Shown piece after piece: positions 28,843-38,172 of a stretch of DNA of 64,000 nucleotides. Location: the NCBI GenBank assembly GCA_965140585.1, contig OZ223270.1, forward strand, positions 128,001 to 192,000, in the 5' to 3' direction. The first letter of the stretch is position 1. The number at the start of each line of letters is the position of its first letter. The notes below the pieces were generated by a model. It did not search any database. It saw nothing but the letters and a program-made list of their open reading frames with translations, and was not told the DNA's origin. The translations under genes and the position numbers were made by a program. Origin of the DNA: Spirochaetia bacterium. GTDB lineage: Bacteria > Spirochaetota > Spirochaetia > UBA9216.

Positions 28843-29892
28843 TTATAACCATTTCTTATAAAATAAATTAATCTTATTTAAAGCAATAGCAGACAGGATT
28901 GAAAAAAATAATACGGAAATATAATAAGTCATACTATTTATATCAAAAAAGGACTTTCGAAGTAATATCAAAAACAAATTATGTATCAAATAAAGCTCTA
29001 AACTAATTTGCCCTAAAAAAACACTTATCTTATTTGAAAATCTTAACTTTAGAAAAATTAATACACAAGTAAATATAAAAAATATTGACGTTAGTAATTC
29101 TAAAAAGAATTTTATCAATTCATTGCATGATAAAAACTTTATAGCCAAATTCTTTGCTAAAAACAATGAAATAAGTAAAGAAAATGAAATCAGTAACTTA
29201 ATAAAATAAAATTTCTTCAAAGATTCTGATATTTCTTTTTTATAAGCAAAAAGCACACCAAGATTAAATGTTATACAGGAATTATACCAAAATCTCCCTT
29301 TATCAAACAAAATACAAACTATTATATATATAAATGTCGTTAAACAAGATAATAAAAATATCAGTTTCTCTTTGTTAGTAATTTTTACGGTTATAAAGAA
29401 TAGTACATAAAAATATATGACTGCATGAATATACCAAGCCTGTATGTTTACTAGAATAATTCCAGAAATCTTTTCAATTGCCCCAAAAACACTGAAATTT
29501 CCTTTTTCGAGAATTAGAAAGTATAACAAATTTATTATAAAAAACGGTATTATTAATCCAAATATTCTTTTTCTAAAAAAGTTTTTTAAATAATCTTTTT
29601 TGTATTTATAGCTGTACATAACTCCGTATCCAGAGAAAAAAAAGAAAACACTTACACATAAATAGCCAGTTATCAAAAAAGGATATAATAAAATTTCATT
29701 TTGAAGGACTTGGCTCAAATGATGATAAATTACAACTAAAACGCAAATACCTCTTATTGAAACTGTAGAGTCAAACGACAGATAGTCCTCGTAAAAAGAG
29801 TTTCCTTTTATTACCTTGCAATTCCAAAAGACTACTACTAATAGTAGTAAAACTGTAATAAACATTATTAACAACCTCACAAGAAAAAGCAA
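28843..29892 (-). CDS. Acyltransferase family 3
   Basis: IRGICVLVVIYHH, FFFFSGYG, WYI, SLELYLIH. Confidence 0.85.
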   Translation of the reverse strand: MLFLVRLLIMFITVLLLLVVVFWNCKVIKGNSFYEDYLSFDSTVSIRGICVLVVIYHHLSQVLQNEILLYPFLITGYLCVSVFFFFSGYGVMYSYKYKKDYLKNFFRKRIFGLIIPFFIINLLYFLILEKGNFSVFGAIEKISGIILVNIQAWYIHAVIYFYVLFFITVKITNKEKLIFLLSCLTTFIYIIVCILFDKGRFWYNSCITFNLGVLFAYKKEISESLKKFYFIKLLISFSLLISLFLAKNLAIKFLSCNELIKFFLELLTSIFFIFTCVLIFLKLRFSNKISVFLGQISLELYLIHNLFLILLRKSFFDINSMTYYISVLFFSILSAIALNKINLFYKKWL

Positions 29893-30055
29893 ACGATTGT
29901 TTATTTTTAAATATATTCAGCCTCTTTCTTGCATCCACAGAAAATTATACCAAAGATTTACAAGAGAACAAGTTATTTTATACAAACACTGTATTTACAT
30001 ATTCTGTAACCAATTAAAATCTAAAGCTTTTAATTGCCCTTCTTTTCGTTTAATC

Positions 30056-30607
30056 TATGAAAAATTACAACCTCGGTTGACAGATCCATTAAACTTTTTT
30101 ACTGAGATGAAAGATGGATATTTATCAACAGAAAATTGTTAAAAAGATGAAAAAGTCTTCGCTCATGCAAATGAATCTTAGAATATGTCAAAGACTTGCC
30201 GATATTTCGCTATCCCCCGGAAAACTATTTATGCATGAAAGAGAGCCCACTTAGAATTATGAGATGATGGCCTGGTTAACACGAAGCCAGGTTTTGCTGT
30301 TGGGTACAGCCCCAAGCAATATTACACTGGCATCTTAAGGACCTTGGAATCAATCATGTTTATATAAAACCGGGAACTCTACTACCTAACGGCAAAGTTA
30401 AACGCTCTCATAGAACTGACAAGGAATAGTTCTATCAACTTTTCGACTATATTGGTGCTAGGAATTTAAAGAAGTAACTGAAAAACTGGGAAAACTTTTA
30501 TAATTTCCATCGTCCGCATTATTCATTATCAGAAAAACACCTATTGAAGTTTTTAAGGGATTATTAAAAAAAAGAAATGTCTGTCAGGCTTGGTTGTGAT
30601 TCACACA
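30056..30607 (+). mobile_element. IS481-family remnant with degenerate terminal inverted repeats
   Basis: Manual translation: SKTCRYFAIPRKTIYA*KR (HTH) joined to HWHLKDLGINHVYIKPG...NGKVKRSHRTDKE*FY...YNFHRPH; ends AATTACAACC..TGACAGA / TCTGTCA..GGTTGTGATTCACACA. Confidence 0.75.
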
Positions 30608-30652
30608 TTTAGTCTAACAAATACTTCACCACCCCGCAATTCACCCCTCTTA

Positions 30653-30681
30653 TTGACAAAGCCTAAAAACCTCCATATATT
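30653..30681 (+). promoter_or_regulatory. Sigma70-type promoter upstream of gnd
   Basis: TTGACA-N17-TATATT; a second TATAAT (30783-30788) lies 6 nt before the ATG. Confidence 0.55.
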
Positions 30682-30794
30682 TTAATAAACTTATCGGCGC
30701 ATCATTTTTATATTTATGTGAACGTTGGCGCATATAAAAACTGGAGGTAAAAATAAAGATTTCCTCTTGAGGTTATTTTTACTATAATTAAATC

Positions 30795-32294
30795 ATGAAA
30801 AACGCAGATATCGGATTAATAGGCCTTGCCGTAATGGGCCAGAACCTTGTACTTAACCTGGCCGACCATGGCTACAGTATTGCCGTTTACAACCGCTCAT
30901 CGGAAAAAACCGATGAGTTTGTTAAAAACGGGCTTGGAACAAGCAAATCACCTGAAAATATAATCCCCTTTCATGAACTAAAAGACTTTGTCGCATCAAT
31001 CAGCCGCCCCAGACGAATACTCCTTATGGTGAAAGCCGGAGCAAGCGTAGATGCTGTAATTAAATCAATTCTACCATACCTTGAGAAAGGCGACCTTGTT
31101 GCGGATCTGGGAAATTCCTACTTCAAAGATAGCGAACGCCGTATCGCAGAAATGGCCGACAGGGGCATTCTGTATGCCGGCGTCGGTGTTTCAGGCGGAG
31201 AGGAAGGCGCAAGAAGAGGGCCATCCATAATGCCCGGAGGCGGAGCTGAGGCAAAGGAACTGCTTGAGAAGGTTCTTGTTTCAATCAGCGCAGAAGCCTC
31301 TGATGACAGCGGAAAAGACTTCCGGTGCTGCAGATGGACAGGCAGCGGTGGATCGGGCCATTTCGTAAAGATGGTTCACAACGGAATTGAATACGGCGAT
31401 ATGCAGATCATCTCTGAAGCCTTCCACCTGATGTGCCCAGGGGAAGATGTCGGCTTAAGCCGTGATGAAGCTGCCGAAGTCTTTAAGGGATGGAATGATA
31501 CCGAACTCTCAGGCTTCCTCAATGAAATAACTGTCAACATCCTCGCATATAAAGATACAGACGGAAAACCGCTTGTCGATAAAATAGTCGATTCAGCAGG
31601 CCAGAAGGGTACGGGCAAATGGACAGTTGAGGAAAGCTTCAACCTGGGACAGCCTGTCACTGTTATAAGCGAGGCAGTCTTTGCCAGAGCTCTATCCTCT
31701 GTGAAGGATATGCGAGTTGAAGCTGCCGGAATAGTCGAAGGAGCCTCACTTGATGCAGGAGCTTTAATTCCAGGCGGTGAAACTCAGCAGCAGATGCTAG
31801 ACGACATAAAGGATGCGATGCTCGCTTCACGGATTATCTCATATGCCCAGGGTTTTGCAATGCTCAGGGCAGCATCAGCCGAATACAAATGGAATCTTGA
31901 CATGGCAGGAATTGCTGAGATCTGGCAGGGCGGCTGCATCATCCGAAGCTATCTTCTCAATCCTATTAAAAAAGCCTTCGAAAAGAATACTAATCTTAAG
32001 CACCTGCTTTTTGATGACTGGTTTGTAAAAACCATGAAGGAAATCCTTCCCGGATGGCGGCGAACCGTAGCCCGGGCAGCTTTGTGGGGCATCCCGGTAC
32101 CGGGAATATCATCAGCCCTGGCCTACTTTGACGGCTTCAGGACCGAAAAGATGCCTGCCAACCTGATTCAGGCACAGCGGGACTATTTCGGAGGGCACAT
32201 GTACGAACGGACTGACAAGCCGAGGGGCGAGTTCTTCCATACCGACTGGACCGGTCACGGCGGAATCGCATCTTCAACCGCATATAATGTATAA
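30795..32294 (+). CDS. gnd: 6-phosphogluconate dehydrogenase, NADP-dependent, decarboxylating
   Basis: GLAVMG, VSGGEEGA, VKMVHNGIEYG, QKGTGKWT, QAQRDYFG. Confidence 0.97.
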   Translation: MKNADIGLIGLAVMGQNLVLNLADHGYSIAVYNRSSEKTDEFVKNGLGTSKSPENIIPFHELKDFVASISRPRRILLMVKAGASVDAVIKSILPYLEKGDLVADLGNSYFKDSERRIAEMADRGILYAGVGVSGGEEGARRGPSIMPGGGAEAKELLEKVLVSISAEASDDSGKDFRCCRWTGSGGSGHFVKMVHNGIEYGDMQIISEAFHLMCPGEDVGLSRDEAAEVFKGWNDTELSGFLNEITVNILAYKDTDGKPLVDKIVDSAGQKGTGKWTVEESFNLGQPVTVISEAVFARALSSVKDMRVEAAGIVEGASLDAGALIPGGETQQQMLDDIKDAMLASRIISYAQGFAMLRAASAEYKWNLDMAGIAEIWQGGCIIRSYLLNPIKKAFEKNTNLKHLLFDDWFVKTMKEILPGWRRTVARAALWGIPVPGISSALAYFDGFRTEKMPANLIQAQRDYFGGHMYERTDKPRGEFFHTDWTGHGGIASSTAYNV

Positions 32295-32311
32295 TCCCGG
32301 AGGCTATTGCA

Positions 32312-33043
32312 ATGATAGAATTAAAAGTTTTTGATACACCCCATTCAATTGCGGAACAGACAGCCGGTATGCTTACCGGGAAAGGACAGGATAAATCTGC
32401 CGCACTCTCTTGCGGGTCGACATACACCGAAATCTATGCCTTCTGGGAAGAGATTTTCAAACAGAAAACTGTTGCTGGGGAGAAGCTTTCTCTACCGTCT
32501 TTTTTTGCAGCTGATGAGAGGCTTGTAGATTTTGAGGACTCTGCAAGCAACTGGGGAACCATCTGGAAGATCTTCATGTCTGAGTTCGGTACAGAAGCGG
32601 ATCTGAAGCGTTTTGCATCCGGAAAAGCCAAATATGAAAAGATAGTCTCAATCTGGTTTAATAAGAATAAGCCGATGTTTGACCTGGTATTCCTGGGAAT
32701 CGGCCCGGACGGACATACAGCAAGCCTGTTTCCCGGGTCATGCCCGGAAGCTGAGGATCAGAACTGGAAAGCCCTTGTGCTTGAGACAACGGCGCCCTTT
32801 AATCCTCCTGAAAGGCTTACATTGGGACCAGAGGTTATCGCATCCGCCGGAGAACTTGTCATCATCATAACCGGTAACAAAAAATCGGGAGTCGCAGCTG
32901 ATATTCTGAACCTCGATCACAGTCTGCCGCCGGTGAAAATCATAAAAAGACGGGGAGAACTGGGAATGAAAACAAGCTTTCTGATAGATGAAGCCTGTGC
33001 TTCAAAGATAGACCACCAGCTTATGGAGAAGTACCTGAAATGA
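32312..33043 (+). CDS. pgl: 6-phosphogluconolactonase
   Basis: ADER, LGIGPDGHTASLFPG, RLTL; between gnd and zwf. Confidence 0.9.
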   Translation: MIELKVFDTPHSIAEQTAGMLTGKGQDKSAALSCGSTYTEIYAFWEEIFKQKTVAGEKLSLPSFFAADERLVDFEDSASNWGTIWKIFMSEFGTEADLKRFASGKAKYEKIVSIWFNKNKPMFDLVFLGIGPDGHTASLFPGSCPEAEDQNWKALVLETTAPFNPPERLTLGPEVIASAGELVIIITGNKKSGVAADILNLDHSLPPVKIIKRRGELGMKTSFLIDEACASKIDHQLMEKYLK

Positions 33044-34398
33044 AGTTTCCTAAAGTAGGCACAAAAAAAACAGTAAACCCGGCTGAAAAATCAGCTATAA
33101 TAATCCTTGGGGCATCCGGAGACCTGGCAAAGCGAAAGCTGATACCCGCGCTCTCGGTTCTCCGGGAACAGAACATGATAAGCGGCGATTCGGTAATAAT
33201 CGGAGAAGGCAGAAGCGCATTTACCGACGAAAGCTTCCGCAAGCGTTTCGAGATTACAGATGAATTTGCAGCCCAGATGTTCTATTATCAGGGGCTGAAA
33301 GGCCTTAGAGAATACACCCTTACAAAGGGAGAGTTTAAGCGAATCATCATATTCCTCTCACTCCCCCCTGAGAGTTACGCAGGAACCATAGAGGAACTCT
33401 ATATCGAGGGATTCCGCAACGAAGTGAGTATAGTCATAGAAAAGCCTTTCGGACGCGATTACGACAGCGCCAGGGCTCTCAATGAAGCTATTCACAGATA
33501 CTACCCGGAGGACCAGATATTCAGAAGTGATCACTACCTTGCCAAGGAAGCAGTCCAGAACATCCTGATTTTCCGCTTTGCAAACTCTATCTTTGAAGCA
33601 TCATGGAACAGCAACTACATCGAATCAATCCAGATTAACGCTTTTGAATCGATTGGAGTGGAGGAACGGGGACAGTACTTTGACACATCCGGTTCAATCC
33701 GTGACATGATTCAGAATCACCTGTTACAGATGCTCTGTCTGATCACTATGGATCCGCCTGTGAGCCTTGACCCCGAAGATATCCGTATCCAGAAATTCAG
33801 CATATTGAAATCAATTGAAATTGAAGAATTCAAACGGGGACAGTATATAGGCTATACCGAAGAGAAGGATGTGAACCCGGATTCAAATACTGAAACATGG
33901 GCCGAGATGAAGCTCAAGATAAACAACCACCGCTGGGCGGGAACCCCGGTTTACATCAGGACAGGAAAGGCCCTGGACAGAAAGGGAACTGAAATCGGAC
34001 TGAGATTCAGAAAACGCCCCCACGCCCTCTACAACCCTCCCGAGGGAACCGAGGCCAACGAGATCATCTTCAAGGTTCAGCCCTCAGAAGGCATCATCCT
34101 GCAGCTGACAGGCAAGAACCCTGGAATGGAACTTCAGCTGAGCCGTACAGACATGGCATTCTGTTATAACGACAGCTTTGACGAAGATATCCCTGAAGCC
34201 TACCAGAAACTGCTGATGGACGCTCTGCGCGGCGATCATACAATCTTTGTAAGTTCACGCGAGACTGAAATGGCCTGGCAGAAAATCGCGGAGGCACTGG
34301 ACAAGGGAAAACTGATGTTCTACCGGAAGGGAGAAGTCCCCGAGTCAATATTCGGAGACATCTGGATTAACTTTGAGAATTACGCAAATATCTGCTGA
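33040..34398 (+). CDS. zwf: Glucose-6-phosphate 1-dehydrogenase
   Basis: GASGDLAKRK, EKPFG, DHYLAKE, RDMIQNH. Confidence 0.96.
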   Translation: MKFPKVGTKKTVNPAEKSAIIILGASGDLAKRKLIPALSVLREQNMISGDSVIIGEGRSAFTDESFRKRFEITDEFAAQMFYYQGLKGLREYTLTKGEFKRIIIFLSLPPESYAGTIEELYIEGFRNEVSIVIEKPFGRDYDSARALNEAIHRYYPEDQIFRSDHYLAKEAVQNILIFRFANSIFEASWNSNYIESIQINAFESIGVEERGQYFDTSGSIRDMIQNHLLQMLCLITMDPPVSLDPEDIRIQKFSILKSIEIEEFKRGQYIGYTEEKDVNPDSNTETWAEMKLKINNHRWAGTPVYIRTGKALDRKGTEIGLRFRKRPHALYNPPEGTEANEIIFKVQPSEGIILQLTGKNPGMELQLSRTDMAFCYNDSFDEDIPEAYQKLLMDALRGDHTIFVSSRETEMAWQKIAEALDKGKLMFYRKGEVPESIFGDIWINFENYANIC

Positions 34399-35557
34399 CC
34401 AGGTAAAATACCAGGCTTAAAGCTACCGAAACTGCTGATATAACGTAAATTGCCGAATACCCAAGGGAGTTTGATATATAGCCAAGCAGTATCGAGCCTC
34501 CGCCGACCCCCAGATCCAGAGCGATGTAAAAGGTAGCATTTGCAGCGCCCCTTCTTTTCTGCTCAACATCCTTTACTGCTATTGCGTTGAATGTCGGCTG
34601 AAGAGTTCCGTAGCCTACACCGTATAATGCAGCAGCTACAGAAAAGGCCAGCATTGATTTTGCACCGGCAATCATCAGCAGGGCAATTACGGCAAGAACC
34701 ATCCCTGGTATTATTACTACCTGATACCCGAATCGGTCTCCGGCCTTACCGGCAAAAAGCCTTGAAAGGATCACCATTACAGGATATATGACAAAGAAGA
34801 ACTGCATGTTTTCAATTCCAAGGGAATAACCGTAAGAGGCAACAAAGGTTATCAGTGCGCCATAGGAAAGCGATGCCAGAACCATCATGATTGATGCTGG
34901 AATTGCCTTGGTTTCGATAGAGTATACCTTTTTTAGAAGTGCAAGCCCCTTTACCGGTGTATCATCGTGATGAAGGGCTCTCTTATCCTTACTCAGAAAA
35001 AAGGCGAGAATCACCGAAACGCAGCTTATCGGAACAATTATCATAAAAAGAAAATCGTAGCCGAACGCGCCGAGAATTGTCAGACCGATCAGCGGGCCGA
35101 CGGCATTACAAACTGTTACAACTACTGCATAGTAGCCTATTCCCTCAGACATTCTTGATTTGGGGACAAGGTCGGTAACGATTGTAGCAAAAGCGGTTGA
35201 GATTATTGAAAAACCGATGCCCTGTATCAATCTTATTACAAGGTTAAGAGTAACCGAATCTGTGAAATTGAGCATGATAACACCGGCTATCATCGGAATA
35301 AATCCAAGAAGGGTTATCATCTTTCTGCCGTGGTTATCGAGAAAATAGCCGATTACCGGGCGCATTAACATCGCAGAGAAGGAGTAAATACCCGTTGCAA
35401 GCCCGGCAGCTGTATTATTGCCGCCGATGGATTTTATGTAAAGCGGCATGGCTACCAGAAGGATAAAATGTACAATAAAGGATGAGAGGTTAAGCAACAT
35501 TATCAGGTTGTATTGGCGCGTCCAGAGCTTTTCGGACGGGTGGTTAGTCATATTCAT
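34367..35557 (-). CDS. MFS transporter
   Basis: 12-TM pattern, GYFLDNHGRK and AGDRFG motif A. Confidence 0.9.
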   Translation of the reverse strand: MNMTNHPSEKLWTRQYNLIMLLNLSSFIVHFILLVAMPLYIKSIGGNNTAAGLATGIYSFSAMLMRPVIGYFLDNHGRKMITLLGFIPMIAGVIMLNFTDSVTLNLVIRLIQGIGFSIISTAFATIVTDLVPKSRMSEGIGYYAVVVTVCNAVGPLIGLTILGAFGYDFLFMIIVPISCVSVILAFFLSKDKRALHHDDTPVKGLALLKKVYSIETKAIPASIMMVLASLSYGALITFVASYGYSLGIENMQFFFVIYPVMVILSRLFAGKAGDRFGYQVVIIPGMVLAVIALLMIAGAKSMLAFSVAAALYGVGYGTLQPTFNAIAVKDVEQKRRGAANATFYIALDLGVGGGSILLGYISNSLGYSAIYVISAVSVALSLVFYLVSRYLRNSQS

Positions 35558-35778
35558 GTAAGCAATTATACAGGCCGGAAATTATATAAACAACGCACTG
35601 TATAAAACATAGCGGTATCATTTTTATACTTTGCGGTAAACTACTAGTAAAAAATCATTATGTTAAAATCATACTTTTCAGCCTGCCGGAAATCTTGTTT
35701 ATATATGAATCAGTGATATAATATATGCTATATAGGTATAAAATCTATTTTGATTCTTATATCTTGGGAGGAAATATT

Positions 35779-35988
35779 ATGAAAAAAACATATACAAAAC
35801 CGGTTGTTCAAAGCGAAAAACTGGAGTTCGGTGTATTCGGACGCTACCACATCGTATCAAACGGGAGACCGGGAAATAACGGTATTGGGAATGCATTTGG
35901 ATTTCCGGGTAATGATCCGAACAAATTCGGCAACAACGGAAAGGACCATGATTTTCACTGGCCTTTTGGAAGACATAAAAATCCATAA
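35779..35988 (+). CDS. 69-aa peptide with RiPP-leader-like N-terminus
   Basis: Strong GGGAGG SD, MKKTYTKP (YxxP) leader, Gly/Asn-rich C-terminal half, own terminator. Confidence 0.65.
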   Translation: MKKTYTKPVVQSEKLEFGVFGRYHIVSNGRPGNNGIGNAFGFPGNDPNKFGNNGKDHDFHWPFGRHKNP

Positions 35989-36010
35989 TCAGTTTTATTT
36001 GCATAATCAG

Positions 36011-36039
36011 GGAAGCCGGTACAGACGGCTTCCTTTTTT
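36011..36039 (+). terminator. Intrinsic terminator after the small peptide gene
   Basis: GGAAGCCG-N7-CGGCTTCC followed by a T-tract. Confidence 0.8.
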
Positions 36040-36107
36040 ATTTTCAAGCCCTTCTTTTTTCACTCTTTTAATGCAATACTTATTTTATCGGGAACAAGGA
36101 TTAGAAA

Positions 36108-37985
36108 TTGGGAATTCTAAAAAAGCGAATCAGTGATCTTCGTCTCATCACACGTACGGTAAAGCTTGTATGGAACTGCTGCAGGGGCCTGACTGCGACA
36201 TCATTTCTGATCATGTTTCTTCAGGGCGCCCTGCCTATTGTTCCTGTGTACATCATAAAACTGATAGTTGACGCAGTTGCAGCACAGCAGCCTTTTGGTC
36301 GGATTCTGCCCTATGTTATCGCAATCGGCGGAGCTATAATCCTGAATGCCCTTTTAAAATCTGTGGGCGGCTACATAAGCAATAAGCAGTCTCTTATACT
36401 GGTAGACTACATGCAGGAACTGATTCAGGACAAGTCGCTTGAACTGGACCTGTCATTTTATGATAATCCCGATTTTTTTGATAAAATGCACCGTGCCCAG
36501 CAGGAAGCGCCTACCCTGCCGGCCCAGATTATAAATAACCTTATGGGAATCATCTGCTCCGGCATTTCAACCGCAGGGATAGCGGGACTGCTTATAGTTA
36601 CCCTGCCCTGGTATATCGTAATCATCCTTGTTATAACAGCCCTGCCAATGGTAGCTGTCAGGATCATTAATTCCAAAAGATCCTACGCCTGGTATATGAA
36701 GAACACTACCGCAGCCCGGCGCGTAGATTACCTTAACTGGCTGCTTACAGGACAGGGCCATGCAAGAGAACTGCGGCTGCTTGGACTTGGAAAGCTATTG
36801 AAGGAACGGTCTCAAAAAGGCAGGGAATACCTGCGCAGCGGCAGGCTGGAGCTTTCTGCAAAACGGACAAGAGGTGAGTTTATCACAACGGGGATTCAGG
36901 CTGCGGTCACCGCCGGGCTTATCGGCTACTTCGCGTACAACAGCATCTATTCCGACGGCTCACTCGGAGATCTGGTGCTGTTTTTTCAGGCTATACAGAA
37001 GGGACAGCAGGTTTTAGGCGATCTGCTTCAGGGCGGAGCGGTATTGTATGAATCGACACTCTACCTTCAGAATGTCTACGATTTCATGGACCTTGAACCA
37101 GCAATCAGAAAGAATGAAAATAAAAGCTCCGCAGAAACAGGCAGCCCGGAAGATAGCAACAGCGGTATAATTGTGAAAAATGTCAGCTTCTCCTACCCGG
37201 GAATCGACAGAAAGGTGCTGCAGAATATTAACATAGAAGCCGGACCAAAGGAGTTTATCGCGATTGTCGGGGACAACGGTGCGGGAAAATCAACACTGAC
37301 AAAACTGCTTTCCAGATTTTATGACCCCTCAGATGGAGTGATTATGTTAAACGGCAGCGACATGCGTGCACTGAATGATGAATCCATACGTTCCTGCATG
37401 GCCGTCCTTCAGCAGGATTTTACCGACTACCACTACTCTGCTGCAGAGAACATCTGGCTTGGAGATATATCAAAAGAAAAAAATGCAGAGAACATTGCTC
37501 AAGCCGCCCGGAAGGCTGGAATTGATAAAACACTTCAAAGCCTTCCGCAGGGATACGACACAATGCTCGGACGCTACATAGAAGACGGCAGCCAGCTAAG
37601 CGGCGGCCAATGGAAGAAGCTTGCCCTCGCCCGAGCCCTTTTTCGCGAAGCACCCATCGTTATCCTGGATGAACCGACGGCCAACCTCGATCCGATAGCC
37701 GAAACCGAGTTTATCGACAGCTTGCCCGACCTGGCGGAAGGAAGATGCCTGATCATGATCAGCCACAAAATAGCCTCTGTAAGGCAGGCTGACAGGATTT
37801 ATGTCATGCGTGACGGGCGGGTTATTGAAACAGGCAGTCATGACGAGCTTATCAGGCAAAACGGATACTATGCAGGACTCTACCACACCCAGCTGCGCCA
37901 GATGGGGAAATCAGAAAATGACAAAGATATTATTAATGCAGGAATTGAGACCCTGCGTGAGTCGACTAAAGATGATGAATGGTAA
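36108..37985 (+). CDS. ABC exporter, fused permease/ATPase
   Basis: TM domain; GDNGAGKST, LSGGQ, ILDEPT. Confidence 0.92.
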   Translation: MGILKKRISDLRLITRTVKLVWNCCRGLTATSFLIMFLQGALPIVPVYIIKLIVDAVAAQQPFGRILPYVIAIGGAIILNALLKSVGGYISNKQSLILVDYMQELIQDKSLELDLSFYDNPDFFDKMHRAQQEAPTLPAQIINNLMGIICSGISTAGIAGLLIVTLPWYIVIILVITALPMVAVRIINSKRSYAWYMKNTTAARRVDYLNWLLTGQGHARELRLLGLGKLLKERSQKGREYLRSGRLELSAKRTRGEFITTGIQAAVTAGLIGYFAYNSIYSDGSLGDLVLFFQAIQKGQQVLGDLLQGGAVLYESTLYLQNVYDFMDLEPAIRKNENKSSAETGSPEDSNSGIIVKNVSFSYPGIDRKVLQNINIEAGPKEFIAIVGDNGAGKSTLTKLLSRFYDPSDGVIMLNGSDMRALNDESIRSCMAVLQQDFTDYHYSAAENIWLGDISKEKNAENIAQAARKAGIDKTLQSLPQGYDTMLGRYIEDGSQLSGGQWKKLALARALFREAPIVILDEPTANLDPIAETEFIDSLPDLAEGRCLIMISHKIASVRQADRIYVMRDGRVIETGSHDELIRQNGYYAGLYHTQLRQMGKSENDKDIINAGIETLRESTKDDEW

Positions 37986-38112
37986 ATATCACATTAAAAT
38001 TTCATGCAGTTTTTAAATCAATTATCTTATCTTCAAGACTGGCGGCGGCATACTCAAGAGCCTGTTTAAGATCTTCACGACTCTCGTATAATGCAAGAAG
38101 TTCAGCAACTCT
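37981..38112 (-). pseudogene. Relic of DUF433 antitoxin 3' end and PIN-like (DUF5615-type) toxin 5' end
   Basis: Manual translation RVAELLALYESREDLKQALEYAAASLEDKIIDLKTA* overlapping (ATGA) with MKF*CDIY. Confidence 0.55.
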
Positions 38113-38120
38113 TTTTATCA

Positions 38121-38148
38121 AAAAAAACCCGGACGGCGGCCCGGGTTC
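38121..38148 (-). terminator. Intrinsic terminator of pyrG
   Basis: Minus strand AACCCGG-N9-CCGGGTT followed by a T-tract. Confidence 0.75.
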
Positions 38149-38172
38149 TGAATTATCAACTTAAACTCAAAA

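Noticed and set aside
34367-34398. 32-nt convergent overlap of zwf and the MFS gene
   Set aside because: Short tail-to-tail overlaps are common
35641-35668. dif-like site (TTATGTTAAA XerD arm)
   Set aside because: The XerC arm (CTACTAGTAAA) is poor and the context is an AT-rich promoter region; GC skew cannot be checked here
35779-35988. Canonical lasso peptide cluster
   Set aside because: No cyclase, B1/B2 proteins or Thr(-2); kept only as RiPP-like
37979-38164. 61-aa plus-strand ORF
   Set aside because: Antisense to the TA relic and runs through the pyrG terminator
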